Below are positions 1 to 9,864 of a stretch of 64,000 bases of DNA, in pieces. The DNA is from an uncultured Poribacteria bacterium (GTDB taxonomy: Bacteria; Poribacteria; WGA-4E; WGA-3G). A program made the translations under genes and the position numbers. The stretch lies in assembly GCA_958296135.2 (NCBI GenBank), contig CATQHZ020000001.1, positions 3,040,001 through 3,104,000 of the forward strand. Direction: 5' to 3'. The notes under the pieces are model-generated. The model was given only the letters and a program-made list of their open reading frames with translations, did not search any database and was not told the origin of the DNA. Every line of letters starts with the position of its first letter. The stretch's first letter is position 1.

Positions 1-2
1 CC

Positions 3-1631
3 GAGGCCGGTATTCTCGCCGGAACCGGCAGCCTCATCGGGTGCGTCTTCGCAGTAGGATACGCACAGTTGATGCTCTTTGGCTTGCAGACCTGGTGGTT
101 ACCCGCCATTGGTACGCCTTTTGTTGAACTCCATATCGGCATCACGAGTCTGCTCATTGGCGTGCTCATCTCGCTAGGTGTTGTGCTGTTTTCTATCCAA
201 GCAACTATTCGCAGACTCGGGAAGTCTCCCGCCGCATCACTTCTCGCCGGTGTGACAGATTTCGCGGAGGCGGGCCCGCAACCCGAAACACCGGAAATGA
301 TTGCCCGGACTAAAAAACGGACGTGGCAGATATCTATTTGCATTATTCTTGGGATTACCGTAATCATAATCCTGAACTTCTTTGAACAATGGGGAGTTTC
401 TAAACTTTGGGAGGACTGGTTAGATAATCCTATTGCCAGATTGCTGGCATCCACTGTATCCACCGTCGGAGTGGGGTGGCTCGTCTTTGACAGATGGCTC
501 ACCTCGCAAAAGGTGCCGAAGCACCTCACTCGCCTCCGGTTTGCGCTTAAAAACGCCGCGCGGCACCCCGGCCACAGCAAAGGTTGCGTGATGATGGTGA
601 GTTTGGCGTGTTGCATCGTCGCTGCGGTGGGTGTGAATCGGCAGGAGGCACCGCCTCCGACAGAATACGCCTTCGTCGCCGAGGCGGATATCCCACTGCA
701 TCACAACCTTAATACCGAAGACGGACGCTTTGAGCTCGGTTTTTCCGATAAAGATGCTGAACTTCTCAGCGAATCGGCGGTGATGCCTTTCCGCGTTCTG
801 CCCGGCGAAGATGTCAGTTGTCTCAACCTCTACCAACCGCAGAAACCGCAGATTTTGGGCATTTCGGATGCCGCCCTAGACGAAAACCCGTGGCGCGAGA
901 CGCGGCCTCGGGGCGATAAAGTTGTCGCCATCGCCGATGAAAATTCGGTGCGCTGGGTGTTACATCTTGACCCGAGCGATACATTGTTCATTGAAGATGA
1001 ATTCGGAAATCCGCTCGGCTTGGCTCTTCATGTCTTGCAGAACAGCCTTTTTCAAGGCCAACTGATTATTTCAGAATCGAATTTCATGAAGTTCTTCCCA
1101 AGCCAGAGTGGGTATCGCTATTTCTTAATCAAAACGCCGCCTGAATTGCGGGAAGCGACAGCACAAGTGCTTGAGAAAACGTTAGGCGATTACGGCTTTG
1201 ACGTGACGCTGGCATCGGCACGGCTGGCAAGTTATCGGAGCGTAACAAACAGTTATATCTCCACGTTTCAGAGTTTAGGAGGGCTCGGGGTCATCCTCGG
1301 CACGTTCGGGTTGGCACTCGTGCTCTTCAGGAACGTTATTGAACGTCGGGGTGAATTGGCTACGCTCCGCGCGTTCGGGTTTCGCCGACAGCTTTTGTCG
1401 CGGATGTTGTTCGTTGAGGGCAGCTTTCTGCTGGGTGTCGGGATGCTCATCGGTATCGCCGCGGGGCTCGTTTCTTCACTCGCTGAACGAGGGGCTCTAC
1501 CGGCATTTCCATGGGTATCTCTCACAATTACCTTGCTTTCAATTTTCGTTTTTGGTATAATTGCAAATGCAGTTGCGGTTGCCGTGGCACTCCGAAGTCC
1601 ACTTCTTGCAACCCTCAAAAAGGATTTGTAG
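3..1631 (+). CDS. FtsX/MacB-like ABC transporter permease (5' truncated by window edge)
   Basis: Frame is open from base 3. Multiple TM segments; C-terminal FtsX-type motif 'RNVIERRGELATLRAFGFRR' and terminal 'SPLLATLK'. Confidence 0.85.
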   Translation, partial: EAGILAGTGSLIGCVFAVGYAQLMLFGLQTWWLPAIGTPFVELHIGITSLLIGVLISLGVVLFSIQATIRRLGKSPAASLLAGVTDFAEAGPQPETPEMIARTKKRTWQISICIILGITVIIILNFFEQWGVSKLWEDWLDNPIARLLASTVSTVGVGWLVFDRWLTSQKVPKHLTRLRFALKNAARHPGHSKGCVMMVSLACCIVAAVGVNRQEAPPPTEYAFVAEADIPLHHNLNTEDGRFELGFSDKDAELLSESAVMPFRVLPGEDVSCLNLYQPQKPQILGISDAALDENPWRETRPRGDKVVAIADENSVRWVLHLDPSDTLFIEDEFGNPLGLALHVLQNSLFQGQLIISESNFMKFFPSQSGYRYFLIKTPPELREATAQVLEKTLGDYGFDVTLASARLASYRSVTNSYISTFQSLGGLGVILGTFGLALVLFRNVIERRGELATLRAFGFRRQLLSRMLFVEGSFLLGVGMLIGIAAGLVSSLAERGALPAFPWVSLTITLLSIFVFGIIANAVAVAVALRSPLLATLKKDL

Positions 1632-1740
1632 GCAGGAAAAAGCCCTATTCCGATAAGGTTCCCGCTCGCGCGGCTTAGCGTCCGGTAGAGCTGCTTTGTA
1701 GGTTGGGCGCGCCTGACTTCAACCGCCGCTCCCTTATCCG

Positions 1741-2418
1741 ATGAGCATCAGAAACGTAGGCATTGACAACGGCAATGACAGATGGACGGAGAGAAACGTG
1801 AGCGCACCAGATACATATCCAAACGCGTTGCGAATAACAAAAAATCGACTTTATTGGATACTCGCAATGTTCTTCCTGCTCGGAACGTTCTTCGGTTGTT
1901 CCGAAGATACGGAGGACAATACGGCCCCTGCTCTCTCACACGCGGAGAAAGGATGGGGGTTTTATCAAGCGGGCGACTATGCGCAGGCACTGCTCAGTTT
2001 TGAGCGCGCGCTCAACTTCGATGAGGCGCTTGCCGACGCGCACAACGGGGTAGGCTGGAGTCACCTGAGTCTCTCGTTAGCCATTCCTGTTGCGCAGGAA
2101 GCGTTCCAAAACGCCGTTCGGCTTGATGCCGCCAATGCGGATGCGTGGATTGGCCTCGCAAACCTGCTCTATTTGCGGCAGAAAGACGCGTCTGATTTCA
2201 GGGCGGCCCTCCGCGCAGTCGATAACGCCATGAACGCCGATGCACAATACCTCTATCGCCACGACTATGATTCTCCCGCCGGTCTTCATGCACTCAAGGC
2301 GGCGTGCTATTACTATCTGGGCGAGAATCCGGACGCGAGACAGGAGGTTGAGAAGGCACTCCGCATCGACTTAGAAAATAGGAGCGCGCGTGCCCTTGAC
2401 GCGCTGCTGCAAAAATGA
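1741..2418 (+). CDS. TPR-repeat lipoprotein (true start may be downstream)
   Basis: Lipobox-like 'FFGC' followed by TPR helices (GWGFYQAGDYAQALLSFERAL; ADAWIGLANL). Confidence 0.75.
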   Translation: MSIRNVGIDNGNDRWTERNVSAPDTYPNALRITKNRLYWILAMFFLLGTFFGCSEDTEDNTAPALSHAEKGWGFYQAGDYAQALLSFERALNFDEALADAHNGVGWSHLSLSLAIPVAQEAFQNAVRLDAANADAWIGLANLLYLRQKDASDFRAALRAVDNAMNADAQYLYRHDYDSPAGLHALKAACYYYLGENPDARQEVEKALRIDLENRSARALDALLQK

Positions 2419-2436
2419 TAAAAATAGGAGCGATAA

Positions 2437-3336
2437 ATGGCTCAAAACGTTTTAACAGCAACAAACTTAACGCACTTCACACCCATACACCGCGGGAAAG
2501 TGCGCGACCTCTATGAACTGGGGGATGAACTCCTCATTATATCCACCGACCGGCTTTCGGCGTTCGATGTGGTTTTGCCGAACGGCATCCCCGACAAAGG
2601 CAGCGTGCTCACCGGACTGTCCAAATTTTGGTTCAACTACACCGAGGCTGTCGTTGACAATCACCTCATCGCAACCGAGGTTGCGGACTATCCGGCGGCA
2701 CTCCACGTTGATGCGGAGGTATTAACCGGCCGCTCCATGCTCGTTCGTAAAGCGGAGCGGGTTGACGTTGAATGCGTTGTGCGCGGCTATCTCGCGGGTT
2801 CGGGATGGGCTTCGTATCAGAAGACAGGGGAGATATGCGGGCAAAAACTTCCGGCAGGGCTTCGCGAATCGGAACGCCTCCCGGAACTCCTCTTCACGCC
2901 GACGACAAAGGCGGAGCACGGTGAACACGACGAACCTATCTCTATCCAGCAAATGCGCGATGAAATCGGCACGGAGCTCACCGCCCGGCTGATTGATGCC
3001 AGTTTCGCGCTCTTCAACGCCGCCAGCGAGCACGCCGAGAACGCCGGTATCATTCTCTGTGATACCAAGTTTGAATTCGGGCAACGCGACGGTGAGTTGA
3101 TTCTCATCGACGAGGTATTCACGCCGGATTCCTCGCGCTTTTGGCCCGCCGATTTGTATGAACCCGGTAAGTCGCAGCAGAGTTTTGATAAACAGTTCGT
3201 GCGGGATTACCTCTCTAAAATCGGATGGAACAAGCAGCCGCCCGCGCCGGAACTTCCGGCCGAAGTCATCGCTAAAACGAGCGAGAAGTATCGGGAGGCA
3301 TACCGCCTCATCGTTGGAGAGGAACTCCCGGCATAA
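2437..3336 (+). CDS. purC: SAICAR synthase
   Basis: Motifs RGKVRDLY, TDRLSAFD, ECVVRGYLAGSG, DTKFEFG, DEVFTPDSSRFW, SFDKQFVRDYL; AGGAG RBS. Confidence 0.97.
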   Translation: MAQNVLTATNLTHFTPIHRGKVRDLYELGDELLIISTDRLSAFDVVLPNGIPDKGSVLTGLSKFWFNYTEAVVDNHLIATEVADYPAALHVDAEVLTGRSMLVRKAERVDVECVVRGYLAGSGWASYQKTGEICGQKLPAGLRESERLPELLFTPTTKAEHGEHDEPISIQQMRDEIGTELTARLIDASFALFNAASEHAENAGIILCDTKFEFGQRDGELILIDEVFTPDSSRFWPADLYEPGKSQQSFDKQFVRDYLSKIGWNKQPPAPELPAEVIAKTSEKYREAYRLIVGEELPA

Positions 3337-3403
3337 TCGATTGTTTATCATAACAAGGTGAGGAACAGGCCCTCGCCCTACGTAAGACGCTACGGTTACA
3401 ATT

Positions 3404-4606
3404 ATGGCGACTCCGCTAGATGGCATCAAAGTGCTCGATCTCACCCGTGTCCTTGCTGGCCCGTATGCCACAATGCTTCTCTGCGACTTAGGTGCAGAGG
3501 TGATTAAGATTGAACAGCCCGGCACCGGGGACGAGTCTCGGAATTTCGGTCCCTTCAAAAACGGGTTTAGCCTCTATTTCATGAGTGTGAACCGCGGCAA
3601 GCGGAGCATCACGCTGAACCTCAAGACGCAGCGTGGGCGCGAGTTATTCATGCAACTTGTCAAACAGTGTGACGTTGTGGTGGAGAATTTCCGTCCGGGA
3701 ACGATGCTGAAACTGGGTTTGGATTACGATACGCTCAAAACCGAGCGTCCATCGCTGATTTATGCGGCGTGCTCCGGTTTCGGCCAAACGGGCCCTTATG
3801 CGCAGCAGGGTGCCTACGATATGATTATTCAAGGGATGGGCGGCATCATGAGCATCACAGGTGAGCCGCCCTCTCCGGACGAAAAGCGCGCGCCGGTGCG
3901 CGTCGGCACGTCCATCAGCGACATCACCGCGGCACTCTTCACGACAATCGGCATTCTGTCCGCGCTCCATCACCGCCACCAAACAGGAAAGGGGCAGTTT
4001 GTGGATGTCGCCATGCTGGATAGCCTCGTCGCCGTTTTAGAGAATGCGGTTGTCCGCTATTTCGCTACAGGTGATGTGCCGCAACCGCTCGGGAGCCGGC
4101 ACCCTGCGATAACACCGTTTGAAGCGTTCGCATCTGCAGATGGATACGTGATTATCGCTATCGGAAACGATACGCTTTGGGAGAAGTTTTGTGAACATGT
4201 TGGCAGGCAAGAACTCATCTCCGATGCGCGGTTCCGTACCAACGCCGGCAGGACAGCAAATCATAGTGCACTTTTCCCGATTCTCTCGGAGATTCTGCGT
4301 CAACAGACTACGGATGCATGGATAGACGCTCTTGAGAAAATCGGTGTGCCGTGTGGCCCGATTAATGCCATGGACAAAGTCGTCAATCATCCGCAGGTGC
4401 AGGCGCGTGAGATGATTACGCGAGTCGTGCATCAGATTACCGGGGCGGTTGAAGTGCCGGGTATGCCGATTAAACTCTCGGAAACCCCTGGTAGTGTGGA
4501 CGCGCCTGCGCCGAGCCTCGGCGAACATACCACCGAGGTTTTGACAGAATTGTTGGGAATGCCCCCTGACGATGTGGAGAGGTTAAGACAGGAGGGGATT
4601 GTTTAA
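3404..4606 (+). CDS. Class III CoA-transferase (CaiB/BaiF family)
   Basis: LDGIKVLDLTRVLAGP, NRGKRSITLNLK, ENFRPG, SGFGQTGP, APSLGEHT. Confidence 0.95.
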   Translation: MATPLDGIKVLDLTRVLAGPYATMLLCDLGAEVIKIEQPGTGDESRNFGPFKNGFSLYFMSVNRGKRSITLNLKTQRGRELFMQLVKQCDVVVENFRPGTMLKLGLDYDTLKTERPSLIYAACSGFGQTGPYAQQGAYDMIIQGMGGIMSITGEPPSPDEKRAPVRVGTSISDITAALFTTIGILSALHHRHQTGKGQFVDVAMLDSLVAVLENAVVRYFATGDVPQPLGSRHPAITPFEAFASADGYVIIAIGNDTLWEKFCEHVGRQELISDARFRTNAGRTANHSALFPILSEILRQQTTDAWIDALEKIGVPCGPINAMDKVVNHPQVQAREMITRVVHQITGAVEVPGMPIKLSETPGSVDAPAPSLGEHTTEVLTELLGMPPDDVERLRQEGIV

Positions 4607-6856
4607 ATGAACACATTACCGGGAACAACGCTCTTAACGATAGAAGGCGACATCGCCGCACAGATGGTGGAGGCACTCAACACCTATGTGATGCAAGCCA
4701 CCGCGGCTTCGGTGGAGAAGCGCGATGCCTTGTGGCATCGGGATTATAGTGCTCACGGCGCGTATGTCGAATCTGTGAAGCCAAACCGAGAACGGTTTAG
4801 AAAACAGATTGGCTGCGTTGATACGCGCCTGCCTATTGATGCACTCGCCTATATAGCGACAACGAAGTGCTATAAACATGCCGTGCCTAAAAGCACTGTC
4901 AAGGAGACGGAGAATTACAGCGTATCCCGCGTCCGCTGGCCCGTTTTTGACGAAGTGGAAGGTGAAGGGCTCCTCCTGGAACCTATCGGCGAACCTGTCT
5001 CCCAAGTCATCGCCTTGCCGGATGCAGACTGGACACCGGAAATGATAGCCGGTATCACCGATGAACTGCCGCCGCAAGCACAGTTCGCGCGGCGTTTAGC
5101 GGCGGCGGGGTGCCGCGTCGTCGTGCCGCTTTTGATTAACCGCGACGATACCTACGCCGGCAACCCGACAATCGGCGCAATGACTAATCAACCGCATCGG
5201 GAATTTATCTATCGGATGGCGTTTGAACTCGGCAGGCATATCATCGGGTATGAGGTGCAGAAAGTGCTGGCGTTGGTAGACTGGATGTCCACTGAAAAAG
5301 CACCCATCGGCGTTATCGGCCACGGCGAGGGTGGGCTCCTCGCGTTTTATAGCGCGGCTGTGGATACGCGCATACAGTCTACGGTTGTCAGTGGGTATTT
5401 CCAATCGCGGCAGGATGTCTGGCGTGAACCGATTTATCGAAACGTCTGGGGGCTCCTGCACGAATTTGGCGATGCCGACATCGCGAGTCTTATTGCCCCG
5501 CGCACGTTAATCGTTGAGGCGAGCCGTGGACCTGAAATAGCCGGGCCTCCGCCGGCGCGCTCGGGGCGAGGTGGTGCAGCACCGGGACAATTGGTGTCGC
5601 CACCGCAAACTTCCGTGGAAGCGGAGTTCAATCGCGCTCGTTCTTTTTATCAACACCTCGGCTGTGAAGATGCGCTGCGCCTCGTTATTCCTGAAGACAG
5701 CTTACCGGGTGCTGATGAGACGTTAAACGCGTTTCTCGGCGGGCTCGGTGTTGAGAATAGGGGTGCGCGCGTGGAAAGCGCGCCTACCGAACCCTTTGGG
5801 GAACCCCTCGACTATGAAGCACGGCAGCAGCGGCAATTCATGCAGCTCGTTCATCTGACACAACGCTTCTTGCGAGAGGCAGCATCCCGACGGAAAGCGT
5901 TCTTTTGGGATAATACCGATACCTCTTCGCTTACTAATTGGGAGGCAAGCTGCGCCGATGCCAAGGCTTATTTCTGGGATGAAGTCATCGGGCGGTGTCC
6001 GGCACCCGATGTGCCTGCTAATCCGAGGACGCGCCTGCTCTACGACGAACCGCTCTGGAGCGGTTATGAAGTCATGCTTGATGTGTGGCAGGACGTTTTC
6101 GCTTACGGCATCTTGCTCATCCCGAAGGGGATTCATGAGGGCACAAAACGGCCCGTCGTCGTCTGCCAGCACGGGTTAGAGGGAAGGCCGCAGGATACCG
6201 CCGACCCGAGGATAGACTCAGTCTATCATTCTTACGCGGCGCAGTTGGCAGACAGAGGATTTATTGTTTACGCGCCACAGAACCCGTATATCGGGCAGGA
6301 TGCGTTCCGTGTCATCCAACGCAAGGCGAATCCGATAAAATGGTCTCTATTTTCTCTGATTATTCGGCAACACGAACGCACGTTGGAGTGGCTGGCAGAA
6401 CAACCGTTCGTCAATTCTTATCGCATCGGGTTTTATGGGCTCTCCTACGGTGGGAAAACGGCGATGCGCGTGCCAGCATTGCTAGAAGGTTATGCCTGTT
6501 CGATCTGCTCCGCGGATTTCAACGAGTGGATTGTCAAAAACGCTACCTATGACTCGCGCTATAGTTACATGTTCACCGGCGAATATGAGATGCCGGAATT
6601 TGACCTCGGGAATACGTTCAACTATGGTGAGATGGCTGCGCTCATCGCGCCGCGGCCGTTTATGGTAGAGCGCGGCCACGAAGATGGCGTTGCACCCGAT
6701 GAGTGGGTGGCACACGAATACGCGGTTGTGCGGCGGCTCTACGTTCAACTCGGCATCGGTGTGAGAACAGAGATCGAGTTTTTTGACGGTGGGCATCAGA
6801 TTAACGCCGAGTCCACGTTCCGTTTCCTGCATCGTAGCCTGAATTATTGGCCGTAA
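4607..6856 (+). CDS. Tandem alpha/beta hydrolase (dienelactone hydrolase-like, two domains)
   Basis: Two related halves with nucleophile-elbow regions GHGEGG (degenerate) and GLSYGG; repeated 'LIAPR' motif; C-terminal GGH. Confidence 0.75.
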   Translation: MNTLPGTTLLTIEGDIAAQMVEALNTYVMQATAASVEKRDALWHRDYSAHGAYVESVKPNRERFRKQIGCVDTRLPIDALAYIATTKCYKHAVPKSTVKETENYSVSRVRWPVFDEVEGEGLLLEPIGEPVSQVIALPDADWTPEMIAGITDELPPQAQFARRLAAAGCRVVVPLLINRDDTYAGNPTIGAMTNQPHREFIYRMAFELGRHIIGYEVQKVLALVDWMSTEKAPIGVIGHGEGGLLAFYSAAVDTRIQSTVVSGYFQSRQDVWREPIYRNVWGLLHEFGDADIASLIAPRTLIVEASRGPEIAGPPPARSGRGGAAPGQLVSPPQTSVEAEFNRARSFYQHLGCEDALRLVIPEDSLPGADETLNAFLGGLGVENRGARVESAPTEPFGEPLDYEARQQRQFMQLVHLTQRFLREAASRRKAFFWDNTDTSSLTNWEASCADAKAYFWDEVIGRCPAPDVPANPRTRLLYDEPLWSGYEVMLDVWQDVFAYGILLIPKGIHEGTKRPVVVCQHGLEGRPQDTADPRIDSVYHSYAAQLADRGFIVYAPQNPYIGQDAFRVIQRKANPIKWSLFSLIIRQHERTLEWLAEQPFVNSYRIGFYGLSYGGKTAMRVPALLEGYACSICSADFNEWIVKNATYDSRYSYMFTGEYEMPEFDLGNTFNYGEMAALIAPRPFMVERGHEDGVAPDEWVAHEYAVVRRLYVQLGIGVRTEIEFFDGGHQINAESTFRFLHRSLNYWP

Positions 6857-6874
6857 CCCAATCACGAGAGAAAA

Positions 6875-7930
6875 ATGCTTTACTCAACCATGGTCCCGGC
6901 AGGACTTGAAAAGATTGCGCGTGAAGAGCTCACGGAACGTTTCGGTAACACGGGCACCCTAAAAATTCTCGCGCCGAAGCCGCGGCGCGTCCTTTTCCAC
7001 TATTCTGGTAACCCGCGCGAACTCCTCTCGCTGCGGACAGCGGAGCATCTGTTTCTTGTCGTCAAGAAGCTGCCGAAGATGAGCCGCTCGCGCGGCTCTT
7101 TGGCAGCCCTGAGCGGCTCACTGGCACGCTTTAATTTCAACGAGACGTTTGACTGCTGCCGACAGATGGGGCTGAAACTTCGCAAGCGCGTGACGTTCCG
7201 GGTGACGAGTCGCTTGTCGGGGCATCGCAACTTCCGTCGGTTGGATCTTCAGCGAGTTGTCGAGAGGGTGTTACGGGAGCACGGATGGCACTTGACAGCA
7301 CCGAACCCCGCGCTGGATGTCTGGGCAGAAGTGCATGGCGACGATGGGTATCTCAGCATCAGGCTTTCGCCGATTGAGATGGCACAACGCCGCTATAAGC
7401 AAGCACACATTCCCGCTTCGCTGAAACCGACACTCGCTTATAGCATGGTGCGGCTTTCACAACCACGCCCGAACGATGTTTTTCTGGACGCGATGTGCGG
7501 CGCAGGCACAATTTTGCTGGAACGCGCGTTTGCCGGCCGCTACCGTTATCTCATCGGCGGCGATATCTCCACAGCAGCGTTGGATGCCACCGTGACGAAT
7601 TTCGGCAGGCAGCATCAACCGCGCCAATTTTTCCACTGGGACGCACGCGCGCTGCCGCTCCAACCGAACACCGTTGATAAAATCGTCTGTAACCTGCCGT
7701 TCGGTGAGACGCACGGAGAGTCGGCACATCTGACAAGCCTATATCGGGACTGCCTCCGTCAATTTGAGGCGGTGCTGAAACCGCGCGGCCGAATGGTGCT
7801 GCTCACCTCGCAGCAAACGCTCCTAGACGAACTCCTCAAACGGCGGCGGAAACTCAAGGTAACGCAACGGTTGTCGGTAGATGTGCGTGGGATGCGCGCG
7901 TGGATTTACGTTATCCTATTGATTAGGTAG
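6875..7930 (+). CDS. THUMP-domain SAM-dependent RNA methyltransferase (Trm14/RlmL-like)
   Basis: N-terminal 'GLEKIAREEL', ASLKPTLAYSMV, DAMCGAGTILLE, GGDI, CNLPFG. Confidence 0.85.
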   Translation: MLYSTMVPAGLEKIAREELTERFGNTGTLKILAPKPRRVLFHYSGNPRELLSLRTAEHLFLVVKKLPKMSRSRGSLAALSGSLARFNFNETFDCCRQMGLKLRKRVTFRVTSRLSGHRNFRRLDLQRVVERVLREHGWHLTAPNPALDVWAEVHGDDGYLSIRLSPIEMAQRRYKQAHIPASLKPTLAYSMVRLSQPRPNDVFLDAMCGAGTILLERAFAGRYRYLIGGDISTAALDATVTNFGRQHQPRQFFHWDARALPLQPNTVDKIVCNLPFGETHGESAHLTSLYRDCLRQFEAVLKPRGRMVLLTSQQTLLDELLKRRRKLKVTQRLSVDVRGMRAWIYVILLIR

Positions 7931-7934
7931 GGGG

Positions 7935-8137
7935 CTCGTCGTGCCGTGTTCGCGAGGGAAACGTAGGAGAGACCTCCTGGTCTCGATGCCCTCCCGGGCG
8001 TTCCTCGTCGTGCTGTGTTCGCGAGGGAAACGTAGGAGAGACCTCCTGGTCTCGATGCCCTCCCGGGCGTTCCTCGTCGTGCTGTGTTCGCGGGGGAAAC
8101 CCTCGGCAGTTAGTGACTGCCGGGGCCCCGCGCTACA
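7935..8137. repeat. Tandem 69-bp repeat (units at 7935, 8004, partial at 8073) built from REP-like GTAG palindromes
   Basis: Unit CTCGTCGTGCyGTGTTCGCGAGGGAAACGTAGGAGAGACCTCCTGGTCTCGATGCCCTCCCGGGCGTTC between convergent genes; ends in ...GGGGCCCCGCGCTAC. Confidence 0.9.
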
Positions 8138-8152
8138 GACGAAGAAGATGCC

Positions 8153-9238
8153 TTATATCTCCGGCACCCGCACTGACACCTCTTTCCCGGCTTCGTGCGA
8201 ACGGAAAATGCCATCCATAATCACGTTCGTGAGCAGCACTCCCTCCGGCGGAATCGGCGAGGGCCCGTCTGTCTTGACTGCCTCACGGAAGGCAGACATC
8301 TGTGCCTCCCACACATCTACTGCCGGGAAGCCGGAGAAGCGGATAGTCGTCATCCCTTCCGGTGGATTCGGTTCCGCTGTGAGCCCTTCCGCCTCGACGA
8401 GTTTCTGGAGTTCATCGGTATACGCATCGGCATAGACAACGGGGCCATCCAACGAAATCCCGGCTTCCTTGCCGAGGCAGAAGTTGCCGCCAAGCGAGTC
8501 GTTGTGAATCGCCCACGAGATTTTGAACACCATCACGCCGCCGTTATCAAACCGCACCCATGCCGCGCCGAATTCCTCAACGTCCATCACGTCGCGCCAC
8601 CTCGGGTCTTGCTGCGAGATGTAATCCTCCGTGATGGCAGAGACGCGCACCGGCTTTGGATATCCCATCGCATACAGCGAGTTGTGCATGTTGTAAACAC
8701 CGATGTCAACCGTCGCTCCTGCGCCCGCTGTCTTCTTGTAGATGAAGGTGTGTCCCGGATTGCCGCGCCTTCTGCATCCCGCGGATTCGGAATAGTAGAT
8801 GTCGCCGAGTAACCCGGCATCGACAACCTTTTTAGCGAATTGGAGGCGCGGGTTAAACGTGCTGTGAATACCAATCTGCAAGATTTTGCCAGAGGCTTTC
8901 GCTGCGCGCGCCATCGCGGTGGCATCCGTCAACTTCGCCGCCATCGGTTTCTCGCAGAACACATGCTTGCCGGCGTTCAACGCCGCCACTGTCGGCCGGC
9001 GATGCCCCTGATTATACGTGCAGACGCTCACCGTATCAATGGTGTCCATCTCCAGCATCTTGTTGTAACTAGTGAAGACGTGCTTTTGGGGGACACCCCA
9101 TTCTTCGGCGGCTTGCCGTGCCTTACTTTTGATAATGTCACATACTGCGACGATTTCAAAACCGCCGGCTTTTTCGTAGGCTCTCTGGTGTGCACGCGAA
9201 ATGCCACCTGTGCCAACGATACCAACTCGGATAGTCAT
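8153..9238 (-). CDS. Gfo/Idh/MocA family oxidoreductase
   Basis: VGIVGTGGIS Rossmann motif, GKHVFCEKPMA. Confidence 0.93.
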   Translation of the reverse strand: MTIRVGIVGTGGISRAHQRAYEKAGGFEIVAVCDIIKSKARQAAEEWGVPQKHVFTSYNKMLEMDTIDTVSVCTYNQGHRRPTVAALNAGKHVFCEKPMAAKLTDATAMARAAKASGKILQIGIHSTFNPRLQFAKKVVDAGLLGDIYYSESAGCRRRGNPGHTFIYKKTAGAGATVDIGVYNMHNSLYAMGYPKPVRVSAITEDYISQQDPRWRDVMDVEEFGAAWVRFDNGGVMVFKISWAIHNDSLGGNFCLGKEAGISLDGPVVYADAYTDELQKLVEAEGLTAEPNPPEGMTTIRFSGFPAVDVWEAQMSAFREAVKTDGPSPIPPEGVLLTNVIMDGIFRSHEAGKEVSVRVPEI

Positions 9239-9256
9239 GGTGTCATCTCCTTTTTC

Positions 9257-9426
9257 GGTTGATGCAAATCCCTTTCTTGGTTGATGCGAATCCCTTTCTT
9301 GTAGGAGGGACCTCCTGGTCCCGATAGGGGAGAGTATCGAGACCAGGAGGTCTCTCCTACCGGGGATTGTCGAGACCGGGAGGTCTCTCCTACCGGGGAT
9401 TATCGAGACCGGGAGGTCTCTCCTAC
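9257..9426. repeat. 22-bp tandem duplication followed by REP cluster (one forward and three reverse GTAGGAGAGACCTCCyGGTCTCG copies, 33-bp period)
   Basis: GGTTGATGCrAATCCCTTTCTT x2 at 9257-9300; GAGACCrGGAGGTCTCTCCTAC x3 at about 9339-9426; same family as at 7935-8137. Confidence 0.9.
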
Positions 9427-9467
9427 AGCAGTTAACTGAATGTTGTTTATTTTAAACGCGATTCGGT

Positions 9468-9497
9468 TTGCAATGCAAGTGAAAAATGTGGTATCCT
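9468..9497 (+). promoter_or_regulatory. Putative sigma70 promoter for the structured element upstream of dndC
   Basis: TTGCAA-18 nt-TATCCT with extended -10 TGTGG. Confidence 0.5.
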
Positions 9498-9504
9498 AAT
9501 TGCA

Positions 9505-9713
9505 GAAGGGATTCCGTTGCGGCGGTAGCGGCAGTGTGGAGAGCATTTTCTGTCTTTCTGCACTGTAAACGCAGTATTTCACTGCGGCTTACCACCTCAT
9601 GAAAAGAACCCTCTTCAGATCGCCTGCCCGTTTTCTAAAGGCGTGACCGTTTTTCTATAGACATGTAGGTGACAGCGAACCTAAAGCGAATTTCTTGTGA
9701 CGAGAACCCCTTC
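9505..9713 (+). ncRNA. Candidate structured RNA (~210 nt, closed multi-hairpin) upstream of dndC
   Basis: 5' GAAGGGATTCCGTTGC pairs with 3' GTGACG-A-GAACCCCTTC. Internal hairpins: CAGTGTGGAGAG/CTTTCTGCACTG, CGCAGT/ACTGCG, CGCCT/AGGCG, TAGGT/ACCTA. No long ORF; promoter immediately upstream. Family not recognised. Confidence 0.5.
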
Positions 9714-9741
9714 GCGCAGAAAGAGTCTGCAGTAAAAAAAA

Positions 9742-9771
9742 TTGGCATTTTATTGCGAAATATGCTATGCT
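9742..9771 (+). promoter_or_regulatory. Putative sigma70 promoter of dndCDE
   Basis: TTGGCA-18 nt-TATGCT with TG extended -10, preceded by an A-tract. Confidence 0.45.
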
Positions 9772-9864
9772 TCGTTTTGCGCCTTGAGAGCTTTTGAAAC
9801 AGATATTCAGCTCAATGCGTTATATCTATTTTTAGACAGTTTTCCTTGAAAGGGAATGTAATCC

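Noticed and set aside
7941-8435. 164-aa ORF with repeated CSRGKRRRDLLVSMPSRAFLVV
   Set aside because: Translation of the 69-bp REP tandem, continuing antisense into a real gene.
7935-9426. Regularly spaced repeats as a possible CRISPR array (also 29437-29549, 45150-45425, 63468-63648)
   Set aside because: No unique spacers, units are GTAG-type palindromes found dispersed through the window, and no cas genes are present.
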